A DNA stretch of 64,000 nucleotides, taken from NCBI GenBank assembly GCA_963662585.1, contig OY759729.1:2528001-2592000 (forward strand), written 5' to 3'. Of this stretch, positions 1 to 8,858 are shown in pieces (the first letter of the stretch is position 1; each line of letters starts with the position of its first letter). Source of the stretch: Candidatus Cloacimonadales bacterium (GTDB lineage Bacteria > Cloacimonadota > Cloacimonadia > Cloacimonadales > JAFGVF01). A model generated the notes under the pieces. That model saw only the letters and a list, made by a program, of their open reading frames with translations, was not told the origin of the DNA and did not search any database. The translations under genes were made by a program, and so were the position numbers.

Positions 1-278
1 TGGATACTTATACTCCTTTTCTTTTGGATAGAGGATTAAAGGGAATGATTGGTAAAGGTGAAAGATCTATTCAAGTAATAGACTCTATTATCAAGAATAA
101 AGCTGTCTATTTAGTTGCTATCGGTGGAGCTGGTGCTTTACTCTCATCTTCTATTCAAGATGCTGAAGTGATAGCTTATCCTGATTTAGGTCCAGAAGCA
201 GTATTCAAACTTAAAGTTGAGAAATTTCCCTGTTTCGTAGCAATAGACACTGAGGGTAATAATCTATTCAGTGATTGA
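1..278 (+). CDS. Fe-S hydro-lyase (class I fumarate hydratase/tartrate dehydratase) beta subunit, 5'-truncated by window edge
   Basis: Frame stays open upstream of the tracked ORF (..DTYTPFLLDRGLKGMIGKG..); motifs YLVAIGGAGAL, DLGPEAV, FVAIDTEGN typical of the beta subunit. Confidence 0.85.
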   Translation, partial: DTYTPFLLDRGLKGMIGKGERSIQVIDSIIKNKAVYLVAIGGAGALLSSSIQDAEVIAYPDLGPEAVFKLKVEKFPCFVAIDTEGNNLFSD

Positions 279-310
279 AGTCTATTAATTCCTACTCTGC
301 AAAGTCTTAT

Positions 311-338
311 TATGGAGTGGAAGTGTCAGTGCTTTCAC
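311..338 (+). repeat. TGGA-led REP-like palindrome (degenerate copy)
   Basis: TATGGA-GTGGAAGT-gtcagt-GCTTTCAC; homologous to 6941-6968. Confidence 0.6.
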
Positions 339-427
339 TCTGAATATTATTTTTTAGCCTAAGTTATTTAGAAAATAAATAATCCCCCAAAAAATCTTCC
401 TTGACTAAAAATCTGCTATTATAAAAA

Positions 428-453
428 TGAACTCAAAATAGATGTGGAGTTCA
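428..453. promoter_or_regulatory. Candidate TetR operator
   Basis: Perfect 7-bp inverted repeat TGAACTC-N12-GAGTTCA overlapping the GGAG RBS of the tetR-family gene. Confidence 0.5.
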
Positions 454-456
454 ATT

Positions 457-1023
457 ATGAAGGTAGAGAACAATGAAATTATTGATTTAGTATTTGTTAA
501 AGCTAAGACACTAATACTAACTAATGGCTTGAAAAACTTGAATATGGATGAATTAGCGAAAGAGTGCAATCTTGCCAAAGCAACTCTTTACAAGATTATT
601 GGTAGTAAGGCAGAATTGGTAGGTAAGATAGCCATCTACTTTTTTGAAAATACCTTTGCTAAGTTCTATAATTTTTACTTAGAATCTCCATCTTTAGAGA
701 AATTAGTTGAAGAGAGTTTAAACTCAATTGAAGAATTATCCGTTGGTAAATTGAGAATTTTAATAAAAGAGATTTATGTTGAATACCCCCATATTAAGGC
801 AGAGATTGAGGAGTATATAATTAATTTAGAAGATAAGTTCTATAATCTTTTTAGGAAATATCAAATTGATGGTTTAATTACTAAAGATATAAACTTAAGA
901 TTACTTATCGAGATAATTAGAAAAACACTTCAGACATCAGTCAACAGTGAAGATAGTGATGAAATAATCAAAGAGAAAATAAATATATTCAATAAACTAA
1001 TAATTAGAGGCTTACAGAAGTAG
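457..1023 (+). CDS. TetR/AcrR family transcriptional regulator
   Basis: N-terminal HTH (LNMDELAKECNLAKATLYK); first gene of the RND operon; ATG at 457 follows GGAG (ORF track starts at 442). Confidence 0.9.
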   Translation: MKVENNEIIDLVFVKAKTLILTNGLKNLNMDELAKECNLAKATLYKIIGSKAELVGKIAIYFFENTFAKFYNFYLESPSLEKLVEESLNSIEELSVGKLRILIKEIYVEYPHIKAEIEEYIINLEDKFYNLFRKYQIDGLITKDINLRLLIEIIRKTLQTSVNSEDSDEIIKEKINIFNKLIIRGLQK

Positions 1024-1027
1024 GAGG

Positions 1028-2143
1028 ATGCAAATGAACATTAACAAGAATATCACAAAAGCAAAATTACTTATCCTAATAGTGATTGCCTTAAGCATCT
1101 TAGGGTGTAAAAGCGAAAATGAAGTCAAGAGTGCAAGTAGCAAACTTGTGAAATTATATGAAATAGAGGATCTTACAACTACAAAAGTTCGTAATTTTGC
1201 AGGAAGTGTTGTGGAAGGTAAAAAAGCAAATCTATCTTTTAGAATTTCCGCTCCAATAGAGAAAATACTAGTTGAAGAAGGTCAATTCGTAGATAAGGGA
1301 CAAGTGATAGCTAAGCTTGATGCTCGTGATTACCAGCTTCAGTACCAAGCAGTAAAAGCTCAGTATGAACAGATTTCTAATGAAGTTGAGCGGATAGAAA
1401 CTCTCTACAATAAAGGAAACATTTCTGAAAATGATTATGAAAAAGCGAAGTCAGGCTTAGAGCAGATTACAGCAAAATACGAGAGTGTGGAGAATTCACT
1501 TGAGGATATTGAGTTGATAGCACCTTATTCTGCTTTCATTCAAGATATATTCTTTCAAGAAGGCGAAATTGTTAAAGCTGGACTTCCAGTAATTTCAATC
1601 ATAGGTGATAAAGATTTCCAAATTGAGTGTGATATTCCTGCTTTAGTCTATGTGAATAGAGATAAATTCTCTTCATTTACTGTAATATTAGAGACTTCTC
1701 CAAAGAAGAAGATACCCTTAGAATTGCTTAACATCAAGCATAAATCTAATTTAAATTCTCTCTATGGTGTCTATTTTAAATTAAGTAATAGTGCTGAAAT
1801 AGATAGTCGTTTAGCAGTTGGAATGGATTGTGAAGTTGAGATAACTTATGAATTAGAAATAGATGAAAATGAAAGAGTCATAAAAGTTCCTATTGAGTCT
1901 ATAGTACAGAAAGCAGGTGAAAGTTTTGTGTGGTTATGTAATGAAAATTCTGAAGGTAAATATATTGTAAATAAAAGAGATATAAGTATTGTCGGGATTG
2001 ATGATAGTGGATTTGTTTTAATTAGTGATGGACTTCGTGCAGGGGATAAGATTGTTAAAGCTGGTGTTCACGAGCTTAAAGATAAGCAGGAAGTTGAGCC
2101 AGTAAAAGAAATAACTCCAACTAATTATGGAGGTCTATTATGA
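1028..2143 (+). CDS. RND efflux periplasmic adaptor (MFP), lipoprotein
   Basis: Lipobox ILGC, lipoyl-like VEEGQFVDKGQVIAKLD, helical hairpin, GLRAGDKIV; overlaps next gene (ATGA). Confidence 0.92.
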   Translation: MQMNINKNITKAKLLILIVIALSILGCKSENEVKSASSKLVKLYEIEDLTTTKVRNFAGSVVEGKKANLSFRISAPIEKILVEEGQFVDKGQVIAKLDARDYQLQYQAVKAQYEQISNEVERIETLYNKGNISENDYEKAKSGLEQITAKYESVENSLEDIELIAPYSAFIQDIFFQEGEIVKAGLPVISIIGDKDFQIECDIPALVYVNRDKFSSFTVILETSPKKKIPLELLNIKHKSNLNSLYGVYFKLSNSAEIDSRLAVGMDCEVEITYELEIDENERVIKVPIESIVQKAGESFVWLCNENSEGKYIVNKRDISIVGIDDSGFVLISDGLRAGDKIVKAGVHELKDKQEVEPVKEITPTNYGGLL

Positions 2144-5100
2144 ATCTCACCGATTTTGCTTTTAAAAACAAGCGAATCGTCTATTTCCTCATCTTAATTC
2201 TTTCTTTAGGTGGAATAGTAAGTTTCTATTTTATCAGCAAGTTAGAAGACCCTGAAATTAAAGTTAAGAAGGCAGTGGTAGTTACTTATTATCCAGGAGC
2301 TAATCCTAACCAAGTAGAGCTAGAAGTAACAAAAGTAATAGAAGATGAAATAGCCACAATGGGTGATTTAGAGAAGGTAACTTCCCGCTCTTTAGCAAAT
2401 TATTCTGAGATTCAAATATCTTTAAAATCAACTGTTAAAGATTCTGAAGTAGAACAGAAGTGGGATATTCTGCGTCGTAAGGCAGAAAGAGCAGCTTTAA
2501 GCTTACCTTCAGGAGCATATTCTCCTGTGGTTGTGGATGATTTTGGTGATATTTATGGTATTTTTTATGCAATGACTGCTGATGGCTATTCTTATGAAGA
2601 GATGAAAGATTTTTCTGAACGAATCAAGCGCGATCTTTTAGGTGTGGAAGGTGTTAGGCGAGTTTTACTTAATGGTGTTCAAGATTACGCTATCTATGTT
2701 GAGATGCATCCCTCTAAAATGGCTAACTTAGGTGTTTTACCTGCGGAAATATTACTAACAGTTCAGGCTCAAGATAAAGTTGTTTATGCAGGATACTTTG
2801 AGAATGATGATAGTAGAATCAGATTAGAAATCGGCAATAGCTTTGATTCCATAAGCGATATTGAAAATCTTGTTATCAAGGGACATGAGCAAGATATGCT
2901 TCTCTTGAAAGATATTGCCAATGTGGAAAAAAGAATAAAAACTCCCATTAGTAAGAAGATGTTATATAACGACCAAGAATCTATAGGGATTTCTATTTCT
3001 ATGGAAGCAGGTGATAACATTGTAGAGCTGGGTAAGAGGGTAGAAGCCCAATTGGCAATAACCAAGCAAGAACTTCCAATAGGAATAGAATTTCACAAAG
3101 TTTTTTATCAACCAGAGAAGGTAAATGTTGCTGTATGGCAATTTATGTCTAATTTACTTCAATCAATTTTAATAGTTATCCTAGTTTTGCTCTTTACTAT
3201 GGGTTTCAAGAGTGGTATCTTAATAGGAAAAGGACTTATCTATACTATTCTTTCATCTTTTGTCGTATTATTTGTCTTAGGGGGTACTTTACAAAGAGTT
3301 TCTTTGGCCTCAATTATCGTTGCCATGGGAATGCTGGTAGATAATGCGATTGTGGTAGTAGATGGAATATTAGTAGATTTGAATCGAGGAATGGAACGCA
3401 AGCAAGCTATGAGGAATACAGCTAAAAAAACTGCTCTTCCCTTGCTAGGAGCTACAATGATTGCTATCATTTCATTTCTTCCTATCTTCTTTTCTCCTGA
3501 TACCGCAGGGACTTATACCCGTGATTTATTTATCGTTCTAGCAGTTACTTTACTTTTTAGTTGGGTTTTTGCCCTTACACAAATACCCTTAGGAGCAGAT
3601 AGAAAACTCTTCCCAGCCAAAAAAGGAAAAGATGGTAAGACAAAGAAAGAAAATGATTCTCTTTTTTATAGAACTTTCAAATTAGTCTTAAATAGAGCTT
3701 TCAGACTTAGAGGTGCAGCAATAGGAATAGCAGTTCTTCTACTTCTAATATCACTTTTTTCTTTTAAATATATTAAAAAAGCTTTCTTCCCTGATTTCAC
3801 CTATAATCAAGTCTATATTGAATATAAATTACCTGAGACCCGCAAGATTGAGAGAGTGGCGTCTGACCTAAAAGAGATAAGTACTTATCTTCAAGGTATA
3901 GAAGGAATTACTAATATTACTACTAGTTTAGGCGGAACCCCAACTCGTTATAACTTAGTCAGAACTATTTCCGAGAATACTAAGAGTTATGGTGAGTTAA
4001 TCGTTGACTTTAAAGATTATGAGACAATGATTTCTCTTAAAGATAAAATCCAGACTCATCTAATAAATTATTATCCAGAAGCTAAAGCTAGAGTGAGATT
4101 ATATAATCTTATCGTGAATAGTCATTATTCTGTCGAAGCTTTATTTAAAGGTAATGATGTGGCAGTTCTCAAGCAGTTAGCAGATCAAGCCAAAGATATT
4201 ATGCGGAACTCTCCTTATGCCATGAGCGTAACTGATGATTGGGAAGCTCAAGGAAAGCTTCTAGCTGTGGATTATAATCAAAGAAAGGGCAGAAGAGTAG
4301 GTATTGATAGAACCGAGGTCGCAACTTCTCTTTTGATGGCTACAGATGGTGCACCTGTAAGTACTTACTATGAAGGGAATAAACAGCTTCCTATAATAGT
4401 AAAGTCTGTAGAATCAGATGGCTCTAGAATAAAGGATTTAAAAGATGTTCCTGTTTGGAGTATTATGCCCAATTTAGAAGTTGATAAAGATGAACTTAAA
4501 CTACTCTTTAGTGGGGCAAGATCCTTAGATGAAGTTAAGAAGTCTGTTTTGAGTAGTTCACCTTTAAGCTCAGTTTCAGATGATATAGCTATTAATTCTT
4601 ATGAAGAAGTTATAAGAAGACATAACGGTTCTCGAGCAATTATGGCCCAATGTGATCCTGCTCCTGCTTCAAATGCTAACGAGCTTTTTAAGGATGTGAA
4701 GTCTAAGATAGAAGCAATGGACCTTCCGACTGGTTACTCCTTGGAGTGGTATGGAGAACAGTATGATCAGAAAAGTGCTATGAAATATATCATTATGTTT
4801 ACTCCAATTGCCTTTATTCTGATAATCTTGATTTTAATCGCTCTTTTCAATAGTTATGCTAAGATGTTCGCTATTCTTTTATGCTTACCATTTGCTATGA
4901 TTGGAGTTATCCCTGGTTTAATCATTACCGGAAAAGAGTTTGGTTTTGTCGCAATAGTAGGGGTTATTGGTTTAACAGGTATGCTGATTAAAAATGGCGT
5001 GGTTTTGATAGATTCTATCGACTTCGATATAAAATCAGGTAAACTTCCTTTTAAAGCTGTTTTTGATTCGGCAATTGCCAGATTCAGACCTGTGATGATG

Positions 5101-5280
5101 GCTTCCTTAACAACTATTTTAGGAATGATTCCTCTAATCCCAGACCCAATGTTTGGAAGTCTCGCTGTAACAATAATGTGTGGTTTATTAGTGGGAACTT
5201 TGGTAACCCTAATTCTACTACCACTGCTCTACACAATATTCTTCAATATCCATCCAATGCACGACTATAAAGGAGAATAA
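2140..5280 (+). CDS. RND efflux permease (AcrB/AcrD/AcrF family)
   Basis: 1046 aa; GMLVDNAIVV, GMLIKNGVVLID, RFRPVMMASLTTILG motifs. Confidence 0.95.
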   Translation: MNLTDFAFKNKRIVYFLILILSLGGIVSFYFISKLEDPEIKVKKAVVVTYYPGANPNQVELEVTKVIEDEIATMGDLEKVTSRSLANYSEIQISLKSTVKDSEVEQKWDILRRKAERAALSLPSGAYSPVVVDDFGDIYGIFYAMTADGYSYEEMKDFSERIKRDLLGVEGVRRVLLNGVQDYAIYVEMHPSKMANLGVLPAEILLTVQAQDKVVYAGYFENDDSRIRLEIGNSFDSISDIENLVIKGHEQDMLLLKDIANVEKRIKTPISKKMLYNDQESIGISISMEAGDNIVELGKRVEAQLAITKQELPIGIEFHKVFYQPEKVNVAVWQFMSNLLQSILIVILVLLFTMGFKSGILIGKGLIYTILSSFVVLFVLGGTLQRVSLASIIVAMGMLVDNAIVVVDGILVDLNRGMERKQAMRNTAKKTALPLLGATMIAIISFLPIFFSPDTAGTYTRDLFIVLAVTLLFSWVFALTQIPLGADRKLFPAKKGKDGKTKKENDSLFYRTFKLVLNRAFRLRGAAIGIAVLLLLISLFSFKYIKKAFFPDFTYNQVYIEYKLPETRKIERVASDLKEISTYLQGIEGITNITTSLGGTPTRYNLVRTISENTKSYGELIVDFKDYETMISLKDKIQTHLINYYPEAKARVRLYNLIVNSHYSVEALFKGNDVAVLKQLADQAKDIMRNSPYAMSVTDDWEAQGKLLAVDYNQRKGRRVGIDRTEVATSLLMATDGAPVSTYYEGNKQLPIIVKSVESDGSRIKDLKDVPVWSIMPNLEVDKDELKLLFSGARSLDEVKKSVLSSSPLSSVSDDIAINSYEEVIRRHNGSRAIMAQCDPAPASNANELFKDVKSKIEAMDLPTGYSLEWYGEQYDQKSAMKYIIMFTPIAFILIILILIALFNSYAKMFAILLCLPFAMIGVIPGLIITGKEFGFVAIVGVIGLTGMLIKNGVVLIDSIDFDIKSGKLPFKAVFDSAIARFRPVMMASLTTILGMIPLIPDPMFGSLAVTIMCGLLVGTLVTLILLPLLYTIFFNIHPMHDYKGE

Positions 5281-5282
5281 TA

Positions 5283-6773
5283 ATGCGTAAAATATATTTC
5301 ATTCTATTGACTAGCCTTATTTTAGGCTCAAGTAACCTCTATTGTATAACTAAAGAATCAGCCTTAAATGAGAGGGCTGGTATTGTTGCTAAAGGGGAGA
5401 GTAAACTCCTCACTCTTCAAGAAGCCCAAGCCTTAGCCTTAGAAAACAACAAACTAATCAAAGTAAGTGATTCTAAAGCTCAAGCTTCTCATCAAACCAA
5501 GAAATCTCTCTTTACTAATTATCTTCCAAAATTAGAAGTAAGTGCTAACTATCTTTTACGCTCTGAATCTACAGAAATGACTCTTGAAGGTGGTTATCTT
5601 CCAACCTATAATTTTAATGATAATACTGGTCAATTAGAGCCAAATCTATACATCAATCCGCAAACAAATCAACCTCTTTATGGCAGTGACGGACTTCCAA
5701 TTTTTAATCAATATGCTCTTTTCCCTGACAAAGATTTAGAGATTTTACCTAAGACAGGTTTCACTTCTGCGATCTCTGTCAAACAGCCTATTTATACTGG
5801 TGGAAAAATAACTTCTGCCTACAAAATGGCTTCTATCGGAGAAAAAGCTTCCCAATTAAATCTTGAATTTACTAAGGAAACCGTTCTTTTTACCACAGAA
5901 GAAGCCTATTGGAGAGTAGTTTCTCTTACTGAAAAGACTAAAGTTACTAAGAAGTATTTAGAACTTGTATCAAAGGTTCTAAAAAAAGTTCAAGATAGCT
6001 ACGATGTGGGAATGGTTAATAAGAATCAACTTCTTCAAGCAAAAGTTAAATATAATGAAGTTCTCTTGCTTAACCAAGAAGCACAAAATGGACTCGATCT
6101 AGCAACAATGGCTCTTGCTCAACAAATAGGAATCTCTCTTAATACTAAAATATTACCTACTGAAGAGTTAACAAACACTGTAAAAGAAAATCAGTCCTTA
6201 ATTGGCTCAGTTGATGATTATGAAAATAGATTAGATTATCAAATGCTTAAACTAAAACAAAAAGTTGCAGACTTAAAGATAAATCTTAATAGGGCAGACT
6301 TCTTACCTCAGATAGGTATTCTTGCTTCTTATAATTACTTAAGCTATCAACTTAATGACCAGAATCACGATGATTTTAATGTCAATGCTATGGCTCAATT
6401 CTCTCTACCAATCTTCCAATGGGGCGAGAGTTTCTATAAAGTTAAAGAAGCTAAAGTTCAGCTTAAAGAAGAAACTTTCCAATTGGAAAATGCCTCTGAA
6501 ATGATGAAACTCCAAATTAGCCAATCTATTATTGATGTGGAAAATAAGAGTATGAATCTAACTCTAGCTGAATCTTCTCTAGAACAAGCTGATGAATATC
6601 TTAAACTCGAGACTGATAATTATGATGCTGGCATGACAACCCTCACCGATCTTCTTAATGCTCAATCGCAATGGCAAAAAAGCTATTCAAATTATATCGA
6701 TGCTTTGCTTGATTATCATATAGCTTATAATATGTTAGCTAAAAATTCTGGGAAATATAAGCAGAATTTATAA
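5283..6773 (+). CDS. TolC family outer membrane efflux protein
   Basis: Signal peptide, LTLQEAQALALENN, QPIYTGG, LPIFQWG, YDAGMTTLTDLLNAQ; follows RND permease. Confidence 0.92.
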   Translation: MRKIYFILLTSLILGSSNLYCITKESALNERAGIVAKGESKLLTLQEAQALALENNKLIKVSDSKAQASHQTKKSLFTNYLPKLEVSANYLLRSESTEMTLEGGYLPTYNFNDNTGQLEPNLYINPQTNQPLYGSDGLPIFNQYALFPDKDLEILPKTGFTSAISVKQPIYTGGKITSAYKMASIGEKASQLNLEFTKETVLFTTEEAYWRVVSLTEKTKVTKKYLELVSKVLKKVQDSYDVGMVNKNQLLQAKVKYNEVLLLNQEAQNGLDLATMALAQQIGISLNTKILPTEELTNTVKENQSLIGSVDDYENRLDYQMLKLKQKVADLKINLNRADFLPQIGILASYNYLSYQLNDQNHDDFNVNAMAQFSLPIFQWGESFYKVKEAKVQLKEETFQLENASEMMKLQISQSIIDVENKSMNLTLAESSLEQADEYLKLETDNYDAGMTTLTDLLNAQSQWQKSYSNYIDALLDYHIAYNMLAKNSGKYKQNL

Positions 6774-6784
6774 ATATGATAAGA

Positions 6785-6968
6785 CCTCTTCTGCCGGATT
6801 GCATGCACCCTTGCGTGCGACAGGATGTTTTAAATCCCCCTCCGCGAGGGGGACACAGGGGGTGTTTCTTCTTATGGGCGAATGATGATTCGCCCCTACA
6901 AATCCCCCTCCACGAGGGGGACACAGGGGGTGTTTTCTTCTATGGAGTGGAAGCGTCTCTGCTTCCAC
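6785..6968. repeat. Mosaic of REP-like palindromes: CGGA-type (6786-6820), two G-rich units (6833-6868, 6901-6937), GTAG-type (6876-6900, minus), TGGA-type (6941-6968)
   Basis: Each unit is a short hairpin with homologues elsewhere in the window (7620, 58991, 54025, 48851). Confidence 0.8.
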
Positions 6969-7054
6969 ATTAGACTCTGGGATTTCTAGATTTTTAATCA
7001 GTTTAGACACTATTCATCTGCTATTTACCAATTCACAGCGGAGAAAGGTGTCCA

Positions 7055-7272
7055 CAATCCGACAGAAGAGGGATTATCACACTTCCACATTAGACAATGA
7101 TAAGATAACATTAGATTTTTATAAGGTTTTTCGCATGCAAGGGTGCATGCAATCCGACAAAAGAGGGATTATCACACTTCCACATTAGACAATAATAAGA
7201 TAACATTAGATTTTTATAAGGTTTTTCGCATGCAAGGGTGCATGCAATCCGGCAGAAGAGGGATTATCATAC
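7055..7272 (-). repeat. 95-bp tandem repeat containing CGGA-type palindrome (minus orientation)
   Basis: caatccgRCARAAGAGGGATTATCA-like motif at 7055, 7150, 7245; two near-identical 95-bp units. Confidence 0.85.
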
Positions 7273-7619
7273 TCTTGAAATTCTCTCCAATTCCCCTCCT
7301 CTTTCTCATTCATCCCAAATAATATTTGATTTTTATTCGCGATGTCAGTGGTGGAGTAAGGGAAGAGTATAGAATGTAGAAAGAAAAAGCAGTAATTTAT
7401 AAATAATATTATTTTGTTAAACATGACTAACATTATTGATAGCCCTTATAGAATATATATTCTATAAGGTGGAAGATTTATAATAAAAAAACAAGAAACT
7501 GGACCACTTTCTCAAAAAGTGGGCCCTATAGTATTGTAGGAGCTGTGAATTTAAAAGTGAAAATGGAAATTTGAAGAAGAAAGGTCCTTAACACCCAGTT
7601 TCACAGATTTTAATAAAAT

Positions 7620-7835
7620 CTCTTCTGCCGGATTGCATACACCCTTGTGTGCGAAATACCTTATAAAAATATGATAATACCTCTTTTGTCGGATTGCATA
7701 CACCCTTGAGTGCGAAAAACCACACAAAAATATGATAATACCTCTTCTGCCGGATTGCATACACCCTTGTGTGCGAAACACCTCGCAAAAGTTTGATGAT
7801 AACTCTTCTGCCGGATTGCATACACCCTTGTGTGT
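7620..7835 (+). repeat. 4x 61-bp tandem repeat of CGGA-type palindrome
   Basis: CTCTTCTGCCGGATTGCATACACCCTTGTGTGCGAAA repeated with 24-nt linkers that resemble each other. Confidence 0.9.
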
Positions 7836-7867
7836 AATCCCAAAGGGAAAAATATCCCCTAACTTTT

Positions 7868-7966
7868 TAGTATATGTCGCCCCTCCAGGGCTATCTTCTC
7901 GTAGAGACCTCTAGGAGTGTCTTGCGAACACTCCCTATTATATGTTATCCCTCCGGGATTTAAGAG
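7868..7966 (+). repeat. Four-hairpin ~98-bp repeat (family A), single copy
   Basis: Near-identical to the units flanking the Y1 transposase at 49368. Confidence 0.92.
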
Positions 7967-8025
7967 TTCAACTCTTGCGATAAATGGAAAATTTCATGAA
8001 AACCAAAAAAAGGGCAATATAAACA

Positions 8026-8080
8026 TTTTTTCTTAATAGGTAAGCAATTGGCAAGTAGAGCTTGATGTTTGAACAGTCTC
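8026..8080 (+). repeat. ~55-bp dispersed repeat ending in TTGAACAGTCTC (possible IS/MITE end)
   Basis: Second copy at 33535-33587. Confidence 0.6.
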
Positions 8081-8264
8081 TTTTAAAAGTAATTTCAATT
8101 TATATAAATTTTACTTGACGCTTAAAATAGAAAAAGATGAATTAGGTTTAGTTGGTTTATTGGATAGTACTAGTGTAAATAAATGCACATTCTCAGCAAG
8201 GTTTGATTGGGTAAATTGTGTTGAAATTATCAGGTTATATAAATTTTTTAAAGTAGGGGGTTGT

Positions 8265-8645
8265 ATGTCAAACTTAATAAATTTCTCTTCATATAATGTA
8301 AGAACACAAATCAGGAATATCATTAATGAAAAATATAAAGAAGGTTTTCCGATAGTTAAAGAATTGATTCAAAATGCTAATGATGCTAAAGCTTCGGATA
8401 TATATTTCTTAATTTCTGATGGAATACCAGATTGTAAGCATCCCCTTTTAAGAATCAAATCGCTTATCATTATTAATAATGGTGAGTTTACACAAGGAGA
8501 TTCAAAAAATATTCTATCGATGTGGAGTGATGATAAATCACAAGAGAATAAAATTGGGAAGTTTGGTTTAGGCCTTAAAAGTGTATTCCACTGGTGTGAA
8601 GCTTTCTTTTGTTATGCTAATATAGTGAAGGAGAAACTCACATAA
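8265..8645 (+). pseudogene. Truncated sacsin-like N-terminal GHKL (HATPase) domain
   Basis: KELIQNANDA (N box), NNGEF, IGKFGLGLKSVF (G2 box); stops after ~126 aa whereas such proteins are normally much longer. Confidence 0.7.
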
Positions 8646-8858
8646 TTTAAAGAACAGAATTAAATACATTATTTGTTAATTATCCTGTCTCTGGAGCTTG
8701 ACTTAGTATATAATTTACTATATTTGTTCTTTTATCTTGACATGATTTTAAATGAAAAGAAAGATTACTTTAATGAATTAATATTCTAATAAACTATTTA
8801 TTGAAATATTAAAATGTCATAAAATTTATAGCAATAATTTTTGAACAGGGAGTTTTTT

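Noticed and set aside
7620..7835. CRISPR-like array (37-bp repeat + 24-bp spacer)
   Set aside because: Spacers resemble each other (..AAAAATATGATAATAC twice), the repeat occurs singly and inverted nearby, and no cas genes are in the window
6739..7914. Short ORFs (60-80 aa) on both strands
   Set aside because: They are translations of palindromic/tandem repeats with no recognisable domains
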